DNA of 64,000 nucleotides from an uncultured Bacteroidota bacterium (GTDB lineage Bacteria; Bacteroidota; Bacteroidia; Chitinophagales; LD1), in the NCBI GenBank assembly GCA_903889265.1, contig CAISWS010000119.1:4615-68614 (forward strand). Reading direction: 5' to 3'. A model generated the notes under the pieces. The model was given only the letters and a program-made list of their open reading frames with translations. It did not search any database and was not told where the DNA came from. Below, piece by piece: positions 1-11,300 of this stretch. Each line of letters begins with the position of its first letter. Position 1 is the first letter of the stretch. The position numbers were made by a program, and so were the translations under genes.

Positions 1-1
1 T

Positions 2-1111
2 TATAATCATGACTTTAAGCGTCTCCCCAATGGTCATTACATGGTGCTGGGTAATGAGTTATGGCATAAGCTTTCTCCGCAATATTCCGACACCATCCCA
101 GGCAAAAAAAGATACGGTGACCGGCAATTCTTCAACGGCCACGAATATGCCAAAGATGAAACAGGCACTGTAATAGAGTACGACCGGCAAGGCAACGTAG
201 TATGGAGCTGGAACAGCTATAACTATCTCGAATACGACCCGTTAAGGCCCCGGGTCAGGAATCAGCATATTGAATATCCGCTGAAAGCACATATCAATGC
301 TTTTAGCATTGACAAAAAAAACGAATTTGTCTATTTGGGTTTCCGCGATATAAGCCGCATTGTTAAAGTTGAAAAAAGTACCGGTAAAGTAGTTGATAGC
401 TGGGGGCTTCGGATATATTTGGGCGGAGCCAATCATCCCGTCGAACTTCACCAGCAACACGATGCCAATATCCTGGATAACGGCAACATTGCAGTTTTTA
501 ACAGCAACGATTATCCCGGTAGTGATAGCATCCCCAGCGCTGTCATTATTTCCCAACAACCTGACGACAGCAATAAAATTATATGGCAATTCGACTGCCA
601 GCTCGACTCAACCGAACGCCGGGCTAACCGCAATGGCGGAAATGTGGACCAGCTAAAAAACGGAAACCTTCTGGTATGCACGGGTACCTCCGACCGGATT
701 TTCGAAATTACAATGGATAAAAAAATTGTGTGGCAATCTGAAATTAGCGGCGTTATAAAGGACAGCATCACCTGCTTGCACCGGTTATACCGCGCCCATT
801 ACGTATCATCGTTATATCCATGTTATTTTGTTTTTGAAACCGATCGGGATACCATCAGCAAAAATTCACCGGTCTTTAACATCAGAATATTTAATAAAGG
901 TTCAGAGAGCGATCTGTATAATGTCAATATAACTTCAGCCTCGGGTGTCCTGATCAAACAATTTACCACCGATCGGGTACCAAAGTATTGTTCAAGAACC
1001 TGCAACATAACCCCATCCGAAAATTTAAACAAAGGAGATAAAATCGAAGTGCTTATACGGTCTCAAACAAACCCTGATTTTGAAAGAAGGAACTGGCTAA
1101 CGGTTCAATAA
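2..1111 (+). CDS. arylsulfotransferase (ASST)-like beta-propeller protein, 5' end outside window
   Basis: Frame is open from nt 2 (YNHDFKRLPNGHYMVLGNE...), so the listed Met at 41 is internal. Motifs HDFKRLPNGH and HQQHDANILDNGNIAVFNSND resemble the repeated blades of aryl-sulfate sulfotransferase family proteins. Stop at 1109-1111. Confidence 0.55.
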   Translation, partial: YNHDFKRLPNGHYMVLGNELWHKLSPQYSDTIPGKKRYGDRQFFNGHEYAKDETGTVIEYDRQGNVVWSWNSYNYLEYDPLRPRVRNQHIEYPLKAHINAFSIDKKNEFVYLGFRDISRIVKVEKSTGKVVDSWGLRIYLGGANHPVELHQQHDANILDNGNIAVFNSNDYPGSDSIPSAVIISQQPDDSNKIIWQFDCQLDSTERRANRNGGNVDQLKNGNLLVCTGTSDRIFEITMDKKIVWQSEISGVIKDSITCLHRLYRAHYVSSLYPCYFVFETDRDTISKNSPVFNIRIFNKGSESDLYNVNITSASGVLIKQFTTDRVPKYCSRTCNITPSENLNKGDKIEVLIRSQTNPDFERRNWLTVQ

Positions 1112-1172
1112 ATCCCTGGCAAATCGCAAAAAATCCAACCCTTGGCTTATATAACCACAATGTTATGTTTCC

Positions 1173-1198
1173 TTACAATAGTAATGGTGTTATTGTAA
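1173..1198. promoter_or_regulatory. palindromic candidate operator TTACAATA-N10-TATTGTAA upstream of the P450 gene
   Basis: Perfect 8-bp inverted repeat (1173-1180 / 1191-1198) with a 10-nt spacer, about 85 bp upstream of the P450 start codon in an AT-rich intergenic region. Confidence 0.3.
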
Positions 1199-1280
1199 CA
1201 AAATAAAGCTGCCTGCCTGATTTTTATCATTAAAAGCTGCTCTCAATGAAACCACCTTTGATTACTTAAACCAAGTAACC

Positions 1281-2507
1281 ATGGAGGCATTAATTTTAAA
1301 GGACGATTTAATGGCACCTGAGGTGGTTGCCGACCCCCATACTTATTACCGCAAACTGCGCGAAAGCGAAAGAGTCCACTGGAATGAAAGATGGAAAGGT
1401 TGGGTACTCACAGGCTATAAAGAAGTAGTAGATGTTTTACGCGATCCCGACCATTTCTCATCAGATAGAATGGGCTACCTGGAAAACGAATTAACACCGC
1501 AGGAACGCGAGGAAATTGCTCCAATATTTAAAGTGCTTAAATACTGGATGGTATTTCGCGATCCGCCAAGCCACACTGTTTTGCGTATGTTACTCAATAA
1601 ACTCTTTACACCCACAGCCGTTGAAAGATACCGGCCTATGGTAAGAAAGATAGTTCAGAAAGCTTTGGATAAAGTTGTTGACAGAGGAAAAATGGAAGTT
1701 GTTCACGATCTGGCATATGACATTCCAATGTCCGTAGTACTTGAATTAATCGGCGCGCCCGATTTGGACCGTGAGAAAATAAAAGAATGGTCCGAAGCCA
1801 TTGGCGTTTTCTTTTTTATTAAAGCCGATGAACCCCGCCGCCGCGAAATTGCCTGTGAAGGCATAACCTCGCTGGTAAATTATATCGAACCTCTGATTGT
1901 GCACAGGCGCGAACACCCGGGTACTGATATGATAAGCCTTCTGATTGCCGCAGAAGAGGCTGGCCAGATTACTTATAATGATGTGCTGGGCACCTGCGTA
2001 CTATTAATATTCGGTGGCCATGAAACCACCATGAACCTGATTGCGAACGGAACTTTAGCGCTAATGCAAGACTCTGACCAATGGACGTTGTTGCACAAAA
2101 AGCCTGAGTTAATAAAAAAAGCAGTTGAGGAACTGCTCCGTTTTGACGGCTCTGTAAAATCAACAGTCCGCTGGGCCAAGGAAGATGTAATGGTAGGTGA
2201 TAAACTTATAAAGAAAGGCGAACGCTTGTTAGTAAGCCTGTCAGGCGCTAACCGCGATCCGCTTCAGTTCACCGCTCCTGATAAACTGGATATAACCCGC
2301 GACCCTAATCTGCATGTAGCCTTTGCACATGGCATACACGTTTGTCTGGGTGCATCGCTTGCCCGTATGGAAGCTGAAGAAGCTTTTGCCGGAATGATTA
2401 AACGCATCAGTTGCCCCAGGTTACCTGAAGATGCTTACCTGAATTACTATCCATCGGTGGTACATCGTGCTTTAAAAAACCTGCCGGTAACATTTCATAA
2501 ACTATAA
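1281..2507 (+). CDS. cytochrome P450
   Basis: 408 aa. Heme-binding signature FAHGIHVCLGASLAR (FxxGxHxCxG), I-helix-like LIFGGHETT and EELLRF (ExxR) motifs. Confidence 0.9.
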   Translation: MEALILKDDLMAPEVVADPHTYYRKLRESERVHWNERWKGWVLTGYKEVVDVLRDPDHFSSDRMGYLENELTPQEREEIAPIFKVLKYWMVFRDPPSHTVLRMLLNKLFTPTAVERYRPMVRKIVQKALDKVVDRGKMEVVHDLAYDIPMSVVLELIGAPDLDREKIKEWSEAIGVFFFIKADEPRRREIACEGITSLVNYIEPLIVHRREHPGTDMISLLIAAEEAGQITYNDVLGTCVLLIFGGHETTMNLIANGTLALMQDSDQWTLLHKKPELIKKAVEELLRFDGSVKSTVRWAKEDVMVGDKLIKKGERLLVSLSGANRDPLQFTAPDKLDITRDPNLHVAFAHGIHVCLGASLARMEAEEAFAGMIKRISCPRLPEDAYLNYYPSVVHRALKNLPVTFHKL

Positions 2508-2518
2508 TGCCTTAAACT

Positions 2519-2755
2519 ATGGGTATCAAAGTAACCGTTAACCATAACCGCTGCGTGGGCTCCAGGCTCTGCGTGGGCTTTCTTCCTGATGCGTTCAAAC
2601 TGAACGGGCAGGGACAGTCAGAACTCATTACGACCGGCGGAGTAAATGCGGAGGAGTTTGTACAAACAGCCGGGCAATGCCCTCAAAGTGCTATTAAAGT
2701 TGAAGACGCCGAAACGGGCGAAGTGCTTTTCCCTCCCGCAGAGCTTGAAATGTAA
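2519..2755 (+). CDS. small ferredoxin (single Fe-S cluster, P450 redox partner type)
   Basis: 78 aa. CVGSRLC...CPQSAI cysteine pattern typical of 3Fe-4S/4Fe-4S ferredoxins encoded directly downstream of bacterial P450s. 11-bp gap to the P450 stop. Confidence 0.8.
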   Translation: MGIKVTVNHNRCVGSRLCVGFLPDAFKLNGQGQSELITTGGVNAEEFVQTAGQCPQSAIKVEDAETGEVLFPPAELEM

Positions 2756-2829
2756 CCATCCAGTTAACGGACTAAAACCCTTCCCACAAACATGTGGCAA
2801 AGCGTAAATAATACGTTTACTTTTGCTAC

Positions 2830-4314
2830 ATGCTTAAAAAGATGATTTCGGCACCTATTCTATTTGCCCTGATTTCAGTTTTATCATTTGTAATCATTTA
2901 TAAAGCAGTTACACTTCCCTTAACGTTTGACGAGGTAGTAACATGGGATCGCTACACCACCAACACAAGCATCCCCAATGTTATACTTGCCGCTGATGGC
3001 AGTTCAAACAACCATATTTTAAATTCCCTTTCCATAAAGGTTTGTCAATTTATTTTAGGAGATAAACCATGGGCGCTACGACTGCCCAACGTACTCTCAT
3101 TTTTTCTGTTCGTGATTTCCGTCATTGCTTTAGCCAAACGATATTTTGAGCAATCCTTGTTATTGCTTTGCCTGCCATTAATTTGCGTATTCCTGAATCC
3201 TTATCTGATAGATTTTTTTAGTTTAGCCCGTGGCTATGGCATGGCCAACGCCTTCATGGCTTGCTCAATAAGTTGTTTGTTGCTTTTTTCTTCGGGCAGG
3301 CAAATGAAATGGTACTGCCTCACAATTTTATTCGCCATGCTTGCGGCCTATTCAAATTTCACCTTCTTAATTTTCTGGGCCGCTATAAATATCCTTTTGT
3401 CCGGCATGCTTGTAAATGCAGGTTTTGTTACAATACCGGTAAAACGCGCTTTTGCAATTACGGGTCTTCTGGCAATCTCTTTTGCAGCGTTATGCTACTT
3501 CCCCTTAAAAAACATGCAACAATGCATTCAGTCAACCTTCGGCGATCACACAGGATTTTTTTACGATACCCTTTTAAGCGAAACTAACCGGTTTAATTAC
3601 GGTGTCCCTTTGCCTGGCCTTACTGACAAAATCCTGTCAATGATGGTGTGTATCATAGGATTATTATCCGGCCTCAACTTCGTACTCAAACTCAGAAAGG
3701 ATTTGCGCTCTGCACTCACCGACCCATTTAACCTGGTATTTATTCTGCTTTTATTGGTCTGGGCTTTAAATATGTTACAGATATATTGCTTTAACACCTC
3801 TTACCTAAGCGGCAGAACTGCACTTATTTATTATCTGATGTTCGTTTTGGTTTTGGTTTTTTTCGTGCGGGACATAGCAGCCAAAAACCTGCTGCTCGCC
3901 CAAATAGCCTCAGGGCTTCTTTCGCTTCTTCTCCTCTGGCACTTTGCAGTAGCTATAAATCTGAATTCTGTTTATGAATGGTCGTTTGATGCTTACACCT
4001 ATGATGTAATGAACACAATAGAGTCATACAAACAGCAACATCCCGAAACAAAAAAAATTGAACTGAACCTCACCAGCTTTCTTCACCCATCATTTTCGTT
4101 CTATGTAAAAACAAAAAATTTACCCTGGTTCATTTTGGCAAACCCGCAAAGCAGCAATATAGATACCACATCCCAAACTCTGTTTTACTACACCATCGCC
4201 GATCACGTGGCCGAACTTAAAAACTATTCGGTTGTAAAAAGGTTTAAGCCGAATGGTATTTTGCTACCCATTGTAAATGCTGGTCATGATCAGGTTTTGC
4301 TCATGCATAAATAA
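2830..4314 (+). CDS. polytopic membrane protein, GT-C/ArnT-PMT-like glycosyltransferase candidate
   Basis: 494 aa with many hydrophobic segments. Acidic FDEV motif in the first predicted loop, as in GT-C enzymes, and a C-terminal soluble domain. Family assignment is by architecture only. Confidence 0.45.
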   Translation: MLKKMISAPILFALISVLSFVIIYKAVTLPLTFDEVVTWDRYTTNTSIPNVILAADGSSNNHILNSLSIKVCQFILGDKPWALRLPNVLSFFLFVISVIALAKRYFEQSLLLLCLPLICVFLNPYLIDFFSLARGYGMANAFMACSISCLLLFSSGRQMKWYCLTILFAMLAAYSNFTFLIFWAAINILLSGMLVNAGFVTIPVKRAFAITGLLAISFAALCYFPLKNMQQCIQSTFGDHTGFFYDTLLSETNRFNYGVPLPGLTDKILSMMVCIIGLLSGLNFVLKLRKDLRSALTDPFNLVFILLLLVWALNMLQIYCFNTSYLSGRTALIYYLMFVLVLVFFVRDIAAKNLLLAQIASGLLSLLLLWHFAVAINLNSVYEWSFDAYTYDVMNTIESYKQQHPETKKIELNLTSFLHPSFSFYVKTKNLPWFILANPQSSNIDTTSQTLFYYTIADHVAELKNYSVVKRFKPNGILLPIVNAGHDQVLLMHK

Positions 4315-4348
4315 ACCTGCTAAACAATTTTAACCAGAATAAGGGGTC

Positions 4349-5302
4349 CTAGTTCTTCTGCGGTTCCGTAGGCTCAGCAGACTTTGTTTGCGACAGCCCC
4401 ATGATTTGTTTAAGCGTATGCTGCATACCATCTGCTGAACCGTCCAGAAAAATGACATTCCCTTTTGATACCTCAGCAAATTGTTTGATAGCTTCCGTCC
4501 ACATGCTAAACATAATCATAGAAGTATCCAGGTTAGCCTGTTCCATTTCTTTCGCAGCAGCGCTCATGCCCCTTGCCACTTCCTCCCGGAAGAGGGCAAC
4601 GCCCTGTCCGCGCAACTGTGCAGCAATTTTTTCAGCCTCTGCCGAAATCTTAATCGCATTCCCCTCTGCTTCAGCAGACTTTGTTTTGGTTATCAGCAAA
4701 GCCTGGCCTTCATTTTCAGCTGCTGCTTTCAGGTTATTGGAAGCCACCACTCTGCTCATCGATTTCATAATATCCTCATCAAAGGTGATATCGTTTAATT
4801 GTAAATCCTGCAAATGGTAGCCCCAGTCCTCCAGTTGCTTATCCAGTTGTGCCTTCACATATTCAATTATCTCTTTGCGCAGCAGAAGAATTTCTGCCTG
4901 TTTCTTGGTTGCCACAAACGACCGTATAGAGCCTTCAATAGTACGAGTCAATGCCTGCATCAGGTTCTTCTCATCAATAAATTTAAATGCAACATTTTTT
5001 AGCGTCGCCTCCTCCTGGTTCAGCACCGAATAAAGCAGCATGGATTTAAAATAAACATTGGCCTGGTCAACTGTTATGGCCTGAAACTCCAGCTCCACAG
5101 AACGGTTTTGGATGGAGATAACCCTGTATATAGATTCAAAAAAAGGCAGTTTGAAATTAATACCCGGAAACATAATCCGCTGGTATTTTCCAAACAAAGT
5201 AACTATAGCAATGTTACCCTGCTGCACAGTTACAAAAGTGCTGAAAAGAATAATCAGCCCTAAAACGATAACAACAATCAGAAAAATTAGTGAGCCGCCC
5301 AT
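4349..5302 (-). CDS. SPFH/band 7 (stomatin-prohibitin-flotillin) domain protein
   Basis: 317 aa. N-terminal TM followed by VQQGNIAIVTLFGKYQRIMFPGINFKLPF, typical of the SPFH fold, then an Ala/Glu-rich coiled-coil tail. Confidence 0.85.
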   Translation of the reverse strand: MGGSLIFLIVVIVLGLIILFSTFVTVQQGNIAIVTLFGKYQRIMFPGINFKLPFFESIYRVISIQNRSVELEFQAITVDQANVYFKSMLLYSVLNQEEATLKNVAFKFIDEKNLMQALTRTIEGSIRSFVATKKQAEILLLRKEIIEYVKAQLDKQLEDWGYHLQDLQLNDITFDEDIMKSMSRVVASNNLKAAAENEGQALLITKTKSAEAEGNAIKISAEAEKIAAQLRGQGVALFREEVARGMSAAAKEMEQANLDTSMIMFSMWTEAIKQFAEVSKGNVIFLDGSADGMQHTLKQIMGLSQTKSAEPTEPQKN

Positions 5303-5397
5303 AAATGAATATTTTTTTAAAACTACTTAATTAATAACCCAAAACAAAAAATAATAGCTGTGGTATTATTTACATTTCCTTTTATCTTTATCATATT

Positions 5398-5967
5398 ATG
5401 AATTGGAAGCTTTGGGTACTTCTTCCCCTGTTGGCAATTATAACAGGCACCGGCATTGCCGCCTGGCGGATTACGGGCATTGAACGGAGCCCCGCTTTCC
5501 GGGTATACGGCAGCTGGCGCGGCACTACGAACCTGCCCTTAAACCGCGATGACCTGGTTACCACACAGGTTACCCTTTTTGCACTGTTTGCCCTGCCTTC
5601 GCAGGAGGCTGTTTATCTTTTCGCTTCCGGCGATGAAAATAAAAGCCGTCTGACCGGTAGCAATAGATATTCAATAGAAGGTAATATTCATAATATCAGG
5701 GCTGAGTACTGGAGCATTACAGCTTATGGCCGCGACTTGTATTTAATGACCAACCCGGTCAATCGTTATTCGTTTAATCCTGATAACCTTAAAACAGACA
5801 GCCTGGGTAATTTTAAAATAACATTAAGCAGCACCCCGGCAAACGGCAACTGGCTACCCACTCAAAAAGATAAAAAGTTTGAACTGGTGCTAAGGCTTTA
5901 TCATGGAGATGAAGATTTTATGAATCACCTGGATAAAGCAGTTTTACCAGTTATAAAAAAGATATAG
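5398..5967 (+). CDS. DUF1214 domain protein
   Basis: 189 aa. YWSITAYG...NRYS...GNWLP...FELVLRLYHG pattern matches the DUF1214 family. N-terminal TM/signal. Confidence 0.65.
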   Translation: MNWKLWVLLPLLAIITGTGIAAWRITGIERSPAFRVYGSWRGTTNLPLNRDDLVTTQVTLFALFALPSQEAVYLFASGDENKSRLTGSNRYSIEGNIHNIRAEYWSITAYGRDLYLMTNPVNRYSFNPDNLKTDSLGNFKITLSSTPANGNWLPTQKDKKFELVLRLYHGDEDFMNHLDKAVLPVIKKI

Positions 5968-5971
5968 AAAA

Positions 5972-6475
5972 ATGAAACGCCTCTATATACCGGTCCTGTT
6001 CTTTATTGCAATCGCGCTGTTAACGCAATGGTTGGTAATAAAATACGTACCCGATATGGTGCATGCCATTGCAACACACAGGGTGCCAATCACCAACCAA
6101 TGGATTAACAACGATAAAACAGATGCCCGCATGCGCCGGGTAGTATTACCCAATCCTGACTTTAAATACAGCGCCCTTTTTTATGATGTAACCCAACATG
6201 ATATCATCATTTCCGGTACGCTGCCCGACAGCGCCTACGCTTCTATAGCCTTTTACGATAACCGCTGCCAGCCCTATTACGTTTACAACAACCTTAGCCC
6301 CGAACGCAAAGGCCACTTCGAATTTCAAATAAGTAAAAACGCAACAACCGGCGCAAAGCAATTACAGCCCAAAACAAATACCGGTGTAATCATTTGCCGC
6401 TACCTGGTAAAAAACGACAGCGCCTTTAATGTAATGAAGGGCTATCAGCAACAATTGGCCTGCACAATCAAATAA
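5972..6475 (+). CDS. DUF1254 domain protein
   Basis: 167 aa. LPNPDFKYSALFYDV...YASIAFYD pattern matches the DUF1254 family. 4-bp gap to the upstream DUF1214 gene. Confidence 0.65.
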   Translation: MKRLYIPVLFFIAIALLTQWLVIKYVPDMVHAIATHRVPITNQWINNDKTDARMRRVVLPNPDFKYSALFYDVTQHDIIISGTLPDSAYASIAFYDNRCQPYYVYNNLSPERKGHFEFQISKNATTGAKQLQPKTNTGVIICRYLVKNDSAFNVMKGYQQQLACTIK

Positions 6476-6558
6476 CCTTTAAAAAAGGGCCTCAGAAGTT
6501 ATTTTATATAACACCCTTCCTGTTTTTCGGTTATGTTCGCACAGATATATTTTAAGCT

Positions 6559-7788
6559 ATGCCTGTTAAACGTAGTGCTGCCCTAGGGTTTATTTTTGTT
6601 ACTATACTGGTAGATGTTATCGGTTTGGGCATCATCATTCCGGTTATTCCTAAACTGATACAAAAACTAACCGGCGAGGGCCTCAGCGAAGCGTCAAGGT
6701 ACGGTGGGTGGCTCATATTTTCTTTCGCATTTATGCAGTTTATCTTCTCGCCCGTACTTGGCAGTTTAAGCGATCGCTACGGAAGAAGGCCCATCCTTCT
6801 TCTGTCACTTTCAGGTTTAGGCTTGGATTATATTTTGCAGGCTTTTGCACCAACCATTGCCTGGCTATTTGTAGGCAGGTTGATTGCCGGCGTAATGGGA
6901 GCCAGTTTTACCACAGCCACAGCATATATAGCCGACATAAGCACACCCGAAAAACGGGCCCAGAATTTCGGGCTTGTGGGCGCCGCCTTCGGACTAGGGT
7001 TTATTATTGGCCCGGTTATAGGTGGCCTGGCAGGTAAGTGGGGCACCGCTGTTCCCTTTATGATTGCAGCGGGGTTAACCCTGTTAAATGTGCTTTACGG
7101 TTATTTCATTTTGCCCGAATCACTAGCCATTGAAAACCGCCGCAAATTCGACTGGGCCCGGGCAAACCCGCTTGGCTCTCTAAAACATTTGCAAAAATAT
7201 CCGGTGGTATCCGGACTGATTGCTTCGCTGGTGCTCATAAATATTGCCGCACACGCCGTTCAATCCAACTGGACGTATTATACCATGTTTAAATTTAACT
7301 GGACTGAAGAAACCGTAGGTTTTTCTCTGGCTACTGTTGGCCTGCTGGTTGCATTGGTACAGGGTTTACTTATCCGTAAAATAATTCCTGCATTAGGGCA
7401 GAATAAATCCATTTATGCCGGCCTCATCTTTTACGCAATAGGGCTTGTACTATTCGGTATGGCCTGGCAGGGCTGGATGATGTTTGCCTTTTTAGTTCCT
7501 TATTGCATGGGAGGTATTGCCGGGCCGGCATTACAAGGCATCATATCTAACCAGGTTCCCGCTAATGAGCAGGGAGAACTACAAGGGGCGCTTACAAGCC
7601 TGGTAAGCATCACATCTATCCTGGGGCCGCTAATTATGAATAACCTGTTTGCTTACTCCACCTCTAAAGGCGGTTTATTTTATCTGCCCGGTGCTGCGTT
7701 TTATCTGGCGGCTTTGATGGTGCTGGCGGGCTTGTTTCTTTGCGTACGCACTCTTTCCGGTAAACGATTGGTCGGTGTACCAAACTGA
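6559..7788 (+). CDS. MFS transporter, TCR/Tet (TetA-like) family
   Basis: 409 aa with about 12 TM segments. [14 protein letters not shown] motif A of drug:H+ antiporter MFS proteins. Confidence 0.85.
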   Translation: MPVKRSAALGFIFVTILVDVIGLGIIIPVIPKLIQKLTGEGLSEASRYGGWLIFSFAFMQFIFSPVLGSLSDRYGRRPILLLSLSGLGLDYILQAFAPTIAWLFVGRLIAGVMGASFTTATAYIADISTPEKRAQNFGLVGAAFGLGFIIGPVIGGLAGKWGTAVPFMIAAGLTLLNVLYGYFILPESLAIENRRKFDWARANPLGSLKHLQKYPVVSGLIASLVLINIAAHAVQSNWTYYTMFKFNWTEETVGFSLATVGLLVALVQGLLIRKIIPALGQNKSIYAGLIFYAIGLVLFGMAWQGWMMFAFLVPYCMGGIAGPALQGIISNQVPANEQGELQGALTSLVSITSILGPLIMNNLFAYSTSKGGLFYLPGAAFYLAALMVLAGLFLCVRTLSGKRLVGVPN

Positions 7789-7815
7789 TTATACAAAAAA
7801 ATGATAGACAAAAGG

Positions 7816-8283
7816 CTATTGAAAGCTGACAAGAGTAACGTTGAATATGATAACAGAATTCGCAGGTATGCCGGAATAAGTACCCCCTTGCGATGGTTGT
7901 GCCGTACTGCCATAAGCAAGTGCCGAAGGAATGAGCAGCATAGCAGTTTGCCCCTTTTGCATTAATTGTATCCCTTCCTGCCATCCCGGTATAACGTCCG
8001 ATAAATTAAAAGTAGTTGGCGTTGTTTTCTGGTCAAAAACTGCCCCGTTGGTCAGGTAACCTTTATAGGTAACAGAAACAACACTGGCTGAAGAAGCATA
8101 AACTCCGTTTCCGCCCGAAACAGGTACAAAGTATAAACCATTCTGTTCAACCTGGGCATTTAAATGGTGGCTGCTGATATAGCTTTGAATAGTCTCGTTA
8201 TCAAGCACCGCCTGACTTTTCTGGCAGCCCATAAAAAAGGGTATAACAAGCAATAGAAGATAAGCTGATTTGCGCATGCACAA
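7816..8283 (-). CDS. FKBP-type peptidyl-prolyl cis-trans isomerase lipoprotein
   Basis: 155 aa. Lipobox FFMGC. VTYKGYLTNGAVFDQ...VIPGWQEGIQLMQKGQTAMLLIPSALAYG is the canonical FKBP_C core. Confidence 0.85.
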   Translation of the reverse strand: MCMRKSAYLLLLVIPFFMGCQKSQAVLDNETIQSYISSHHLNAQVEQNGLYFVPVSGGNGVYASSASVVSVTYKGYLTNGAVFDQKTTPTTFNLSDVIPGWQEGIQLMQKGQTAMLLIPSALAYGSTAQPSQGGTYSGIPANSVIIFNVTLVSFQ

Positions 8284-8327
8284 TAATACAGATTCTGCCG
8301 CAAAGCCAGTGCAGCCAATGGCATTTT

Positions 8328-11300
8328 TTATGTTAATGGCGGCTTTTCATCCCCGCCTTTTTCCTTAACCTGTTGGTCGTTTTCATGTGCCTGGGCTATT
8401 TCATATTCCAGTTCAGGGTCAATATTCTGCTCCTCAACCTTTTTTGCCTTTTCCAGCAACTCTTCATGGTGTTCACGCAAATAAGTCAGTTGTTTTTCAC
8501 CGTACGAAAAACGGGTAAACAACACAAATAAAACGGGCACAATAAATATCGAAATAGTAGACGATGCTATCATGCCGCCCAATACGGTAAAACCAATTGT
8601 TTTACGCGCAACAGCTCCCGCACCTGAAGCCAGTACCAGCGGCATCACTCCTAAAATAAACGCAATAGAAGTCATCAGTATGGGCCGTAATCTGAGCCTT
8701 ACTGCGTCAAGTGTTGACTCGATTAGCTCCTCACCCCTGTCAACACGAATCTTCGCAAACTCCACAATCAAAATTGCGTTTTTAGCTGAGAGGCCAATCA
8801 GGGTTATCAGCCCTATCTGGGCATATACATTGTTAGTAATAGGCGGAGGAAGACAAACAAGCGTTAGTATAGCTCCAAATGCGCTGATAGGCACCGCCAG
8901 CATAACTGAGAAAGGAACCGACCAGCTTTCGTAAAGCGCCGCCAGGAAAAGAAATACAAATACAATCGAAAACAGGAAAATATAAACCGTGGTAGCCCCG
9001 GCCCTTATCTCTTCATAACTCAGTCCTGAAAATTCGTAGGTATACCCTGGCGGCAAAGCCTTATCTGCAAGTTCGCGCAATGCAACTATACTCTGGCCTG
9101 TACTAAAACCCGCCGGTGTGGACCCATCAACTTCAGCCGACCTGAAAATATTAAAATGCTGTATCAAAGGAGCAGTTTCTATAGGCTTATAACTGATAAG
9201 CGTGCTCAATGGCACCATCTCCCCCATTTTATTACGCACGTAATATTTATTCATGTCAGAAACCATTGCCCTAAAAACCGTATCTGCTTGTACCACTACA
9301 TGGTAGGTTCGGTTATATAGGGTAATGTCATTTACATATAAGCTGCCCATGTATGCCTGCATAGTGGTAAATACATCCGTTACATTAACACCAAGCTTCT
9401 GGCATTTCTCTCTGTCAACCGTAAGACTGTAACTAGGTGTATGTGCCGAATACAAACTAAACGCGGTGGCTATGGCAGGTACCTTATGTGCATCAGCTAC
9501 AAACTTTTTCACTACCTGCTCAAAAGCATGAACATCATCGCTTGTATTGCCTTGCTCAATTTGCATGCTAAACCCCTGCGACTGGCCAATACCCCTGATT
9601 GGGGGAGGCGGGTTCACCTGCACTATTGCGTTTTTAATACCAGCTGCGGATATCCGTTTTTTTACAACATCAATTATACCTGGCAACCTTTCCGCAGGCT
9701 CCTTTCGTTCGGCCCACGGTTTTAACATACAAAATATCGTGCCGTTGTTCGAATTGGTACCACCACTCAATACATTAAAACCTGATAATGCTGCAAAATG
9801 ATTAACACCGGGCGTGCTCCCTATAATACCCATCATTTTCGTCATTACCTGCACAGATTGTGTAGTAGCCGAGCCTTCAGGCAGCTGATAGGTTATAATT
9901 AAACGGCCTTCGTCTTCAAATGGTATAAAACCGGTTGGCTCATATTTAAACAATAAGTAAGTAGCCGCACATATGACAATCAGGAAAACCACCACCAGCT
10001 TGCTCCACTTAATACAGCGCTTCACACCGTTTGAATACGAAATGGTAAGGCTTGTAAATTTCTTATCAAACCAAAAGAAAAATGCATCTAACCCTTTTGA
10101 GTTTTCGTTAATCCTGGTAGGCCTTAAAAGCAGTGAACACAAAGCCGGCGTTAACGATAAAGCAATAAAAGATGACAGCATTACCGAAATGGCAATGGTA
10201 ATAGCAAACTGTTGATATAAACGGCCAACAATACCCGGTATAAAACCCACCGGCACAAACACCGCTGCTAATATCAGCGCTATTGCCACCACCGGTGCCG
10301 AAATCTCCTTCATGGCATGATAAGTTGCCTCCTTTGGCGACATACCGTTTTCATCAATATAATGCTGTACGGCCTCCACTACAATAATGGCATCATCCAC
10401 TACAATACCAATGGCCAGTACAAAACCAAACATAGTAAGGGTATTTATAGTAAAGCCTAACGGTATAAAGAAAATGAAAGTGCCCAGAATGGAAACCGGT
10501 ATGGCCAGTATGGGTATAATGGTTGAACGCATGTTCTGTAGAAACAGGAACACTACCAGAGCCACCAAACCCAGTGCCATTAGCAGGGTTTCTACAACCT
10601 CCTGCATCGAAACTTTAATAATGGTAATATTCTCAAATGGTATTTTGTAAGCAATATCAGCAGGGAATGTTTTTTTAAGTTCCTCCAGTTTTGCAATAAC
10701 CGCATTGGATGTTTGCAGGGCATTACTTCCCGGCGCCTGGTAAACCATCAAAAACGAGGAGCGGTTACCATCTACAAAAGAGTTGCTTGCAAAAGTAAAT
10801 TTGCCTAACTCAACCCGGCCAACATCTTTCAGGTAAACCAACTCTCCGGTTGCGGGTATGGTTTTTACAATTACCTTTTCAAATTGCTCGCGTTTATTTA
10901 GCCGGCCGTTTACCAAAATACCCAGCTCAAACGGCTGCGTTATTTTTTGCGGCGGTTCACCCACCGAACCGGCCGCCACCTGCACATTTTGCGCATTCAG
11001 GGCACTTATAACATCTGAGGGGTTCAGTCCATATGCAGCCATCTTGCTTGGGTCAAGCCATACCCGCATGCTGAAATTATCACCACGTGCAGTTATGTCG
11101 CCAACGCCCGGCACACGCAAAAGGGCATCTTCAATAAATATGTTGGTGTAATTATCCAGGAACGTAATACCATGGGTACCTTTGGGAGAATAAATGGCAA
11201 CCATCATCAGCATACTGGGGTTACGCGCCCTTACAGTAAGCCCCAGTTTACTTACTACCGATGGCAGTAACGGCTGTGCAATACCTACACGGTTTTGAAC

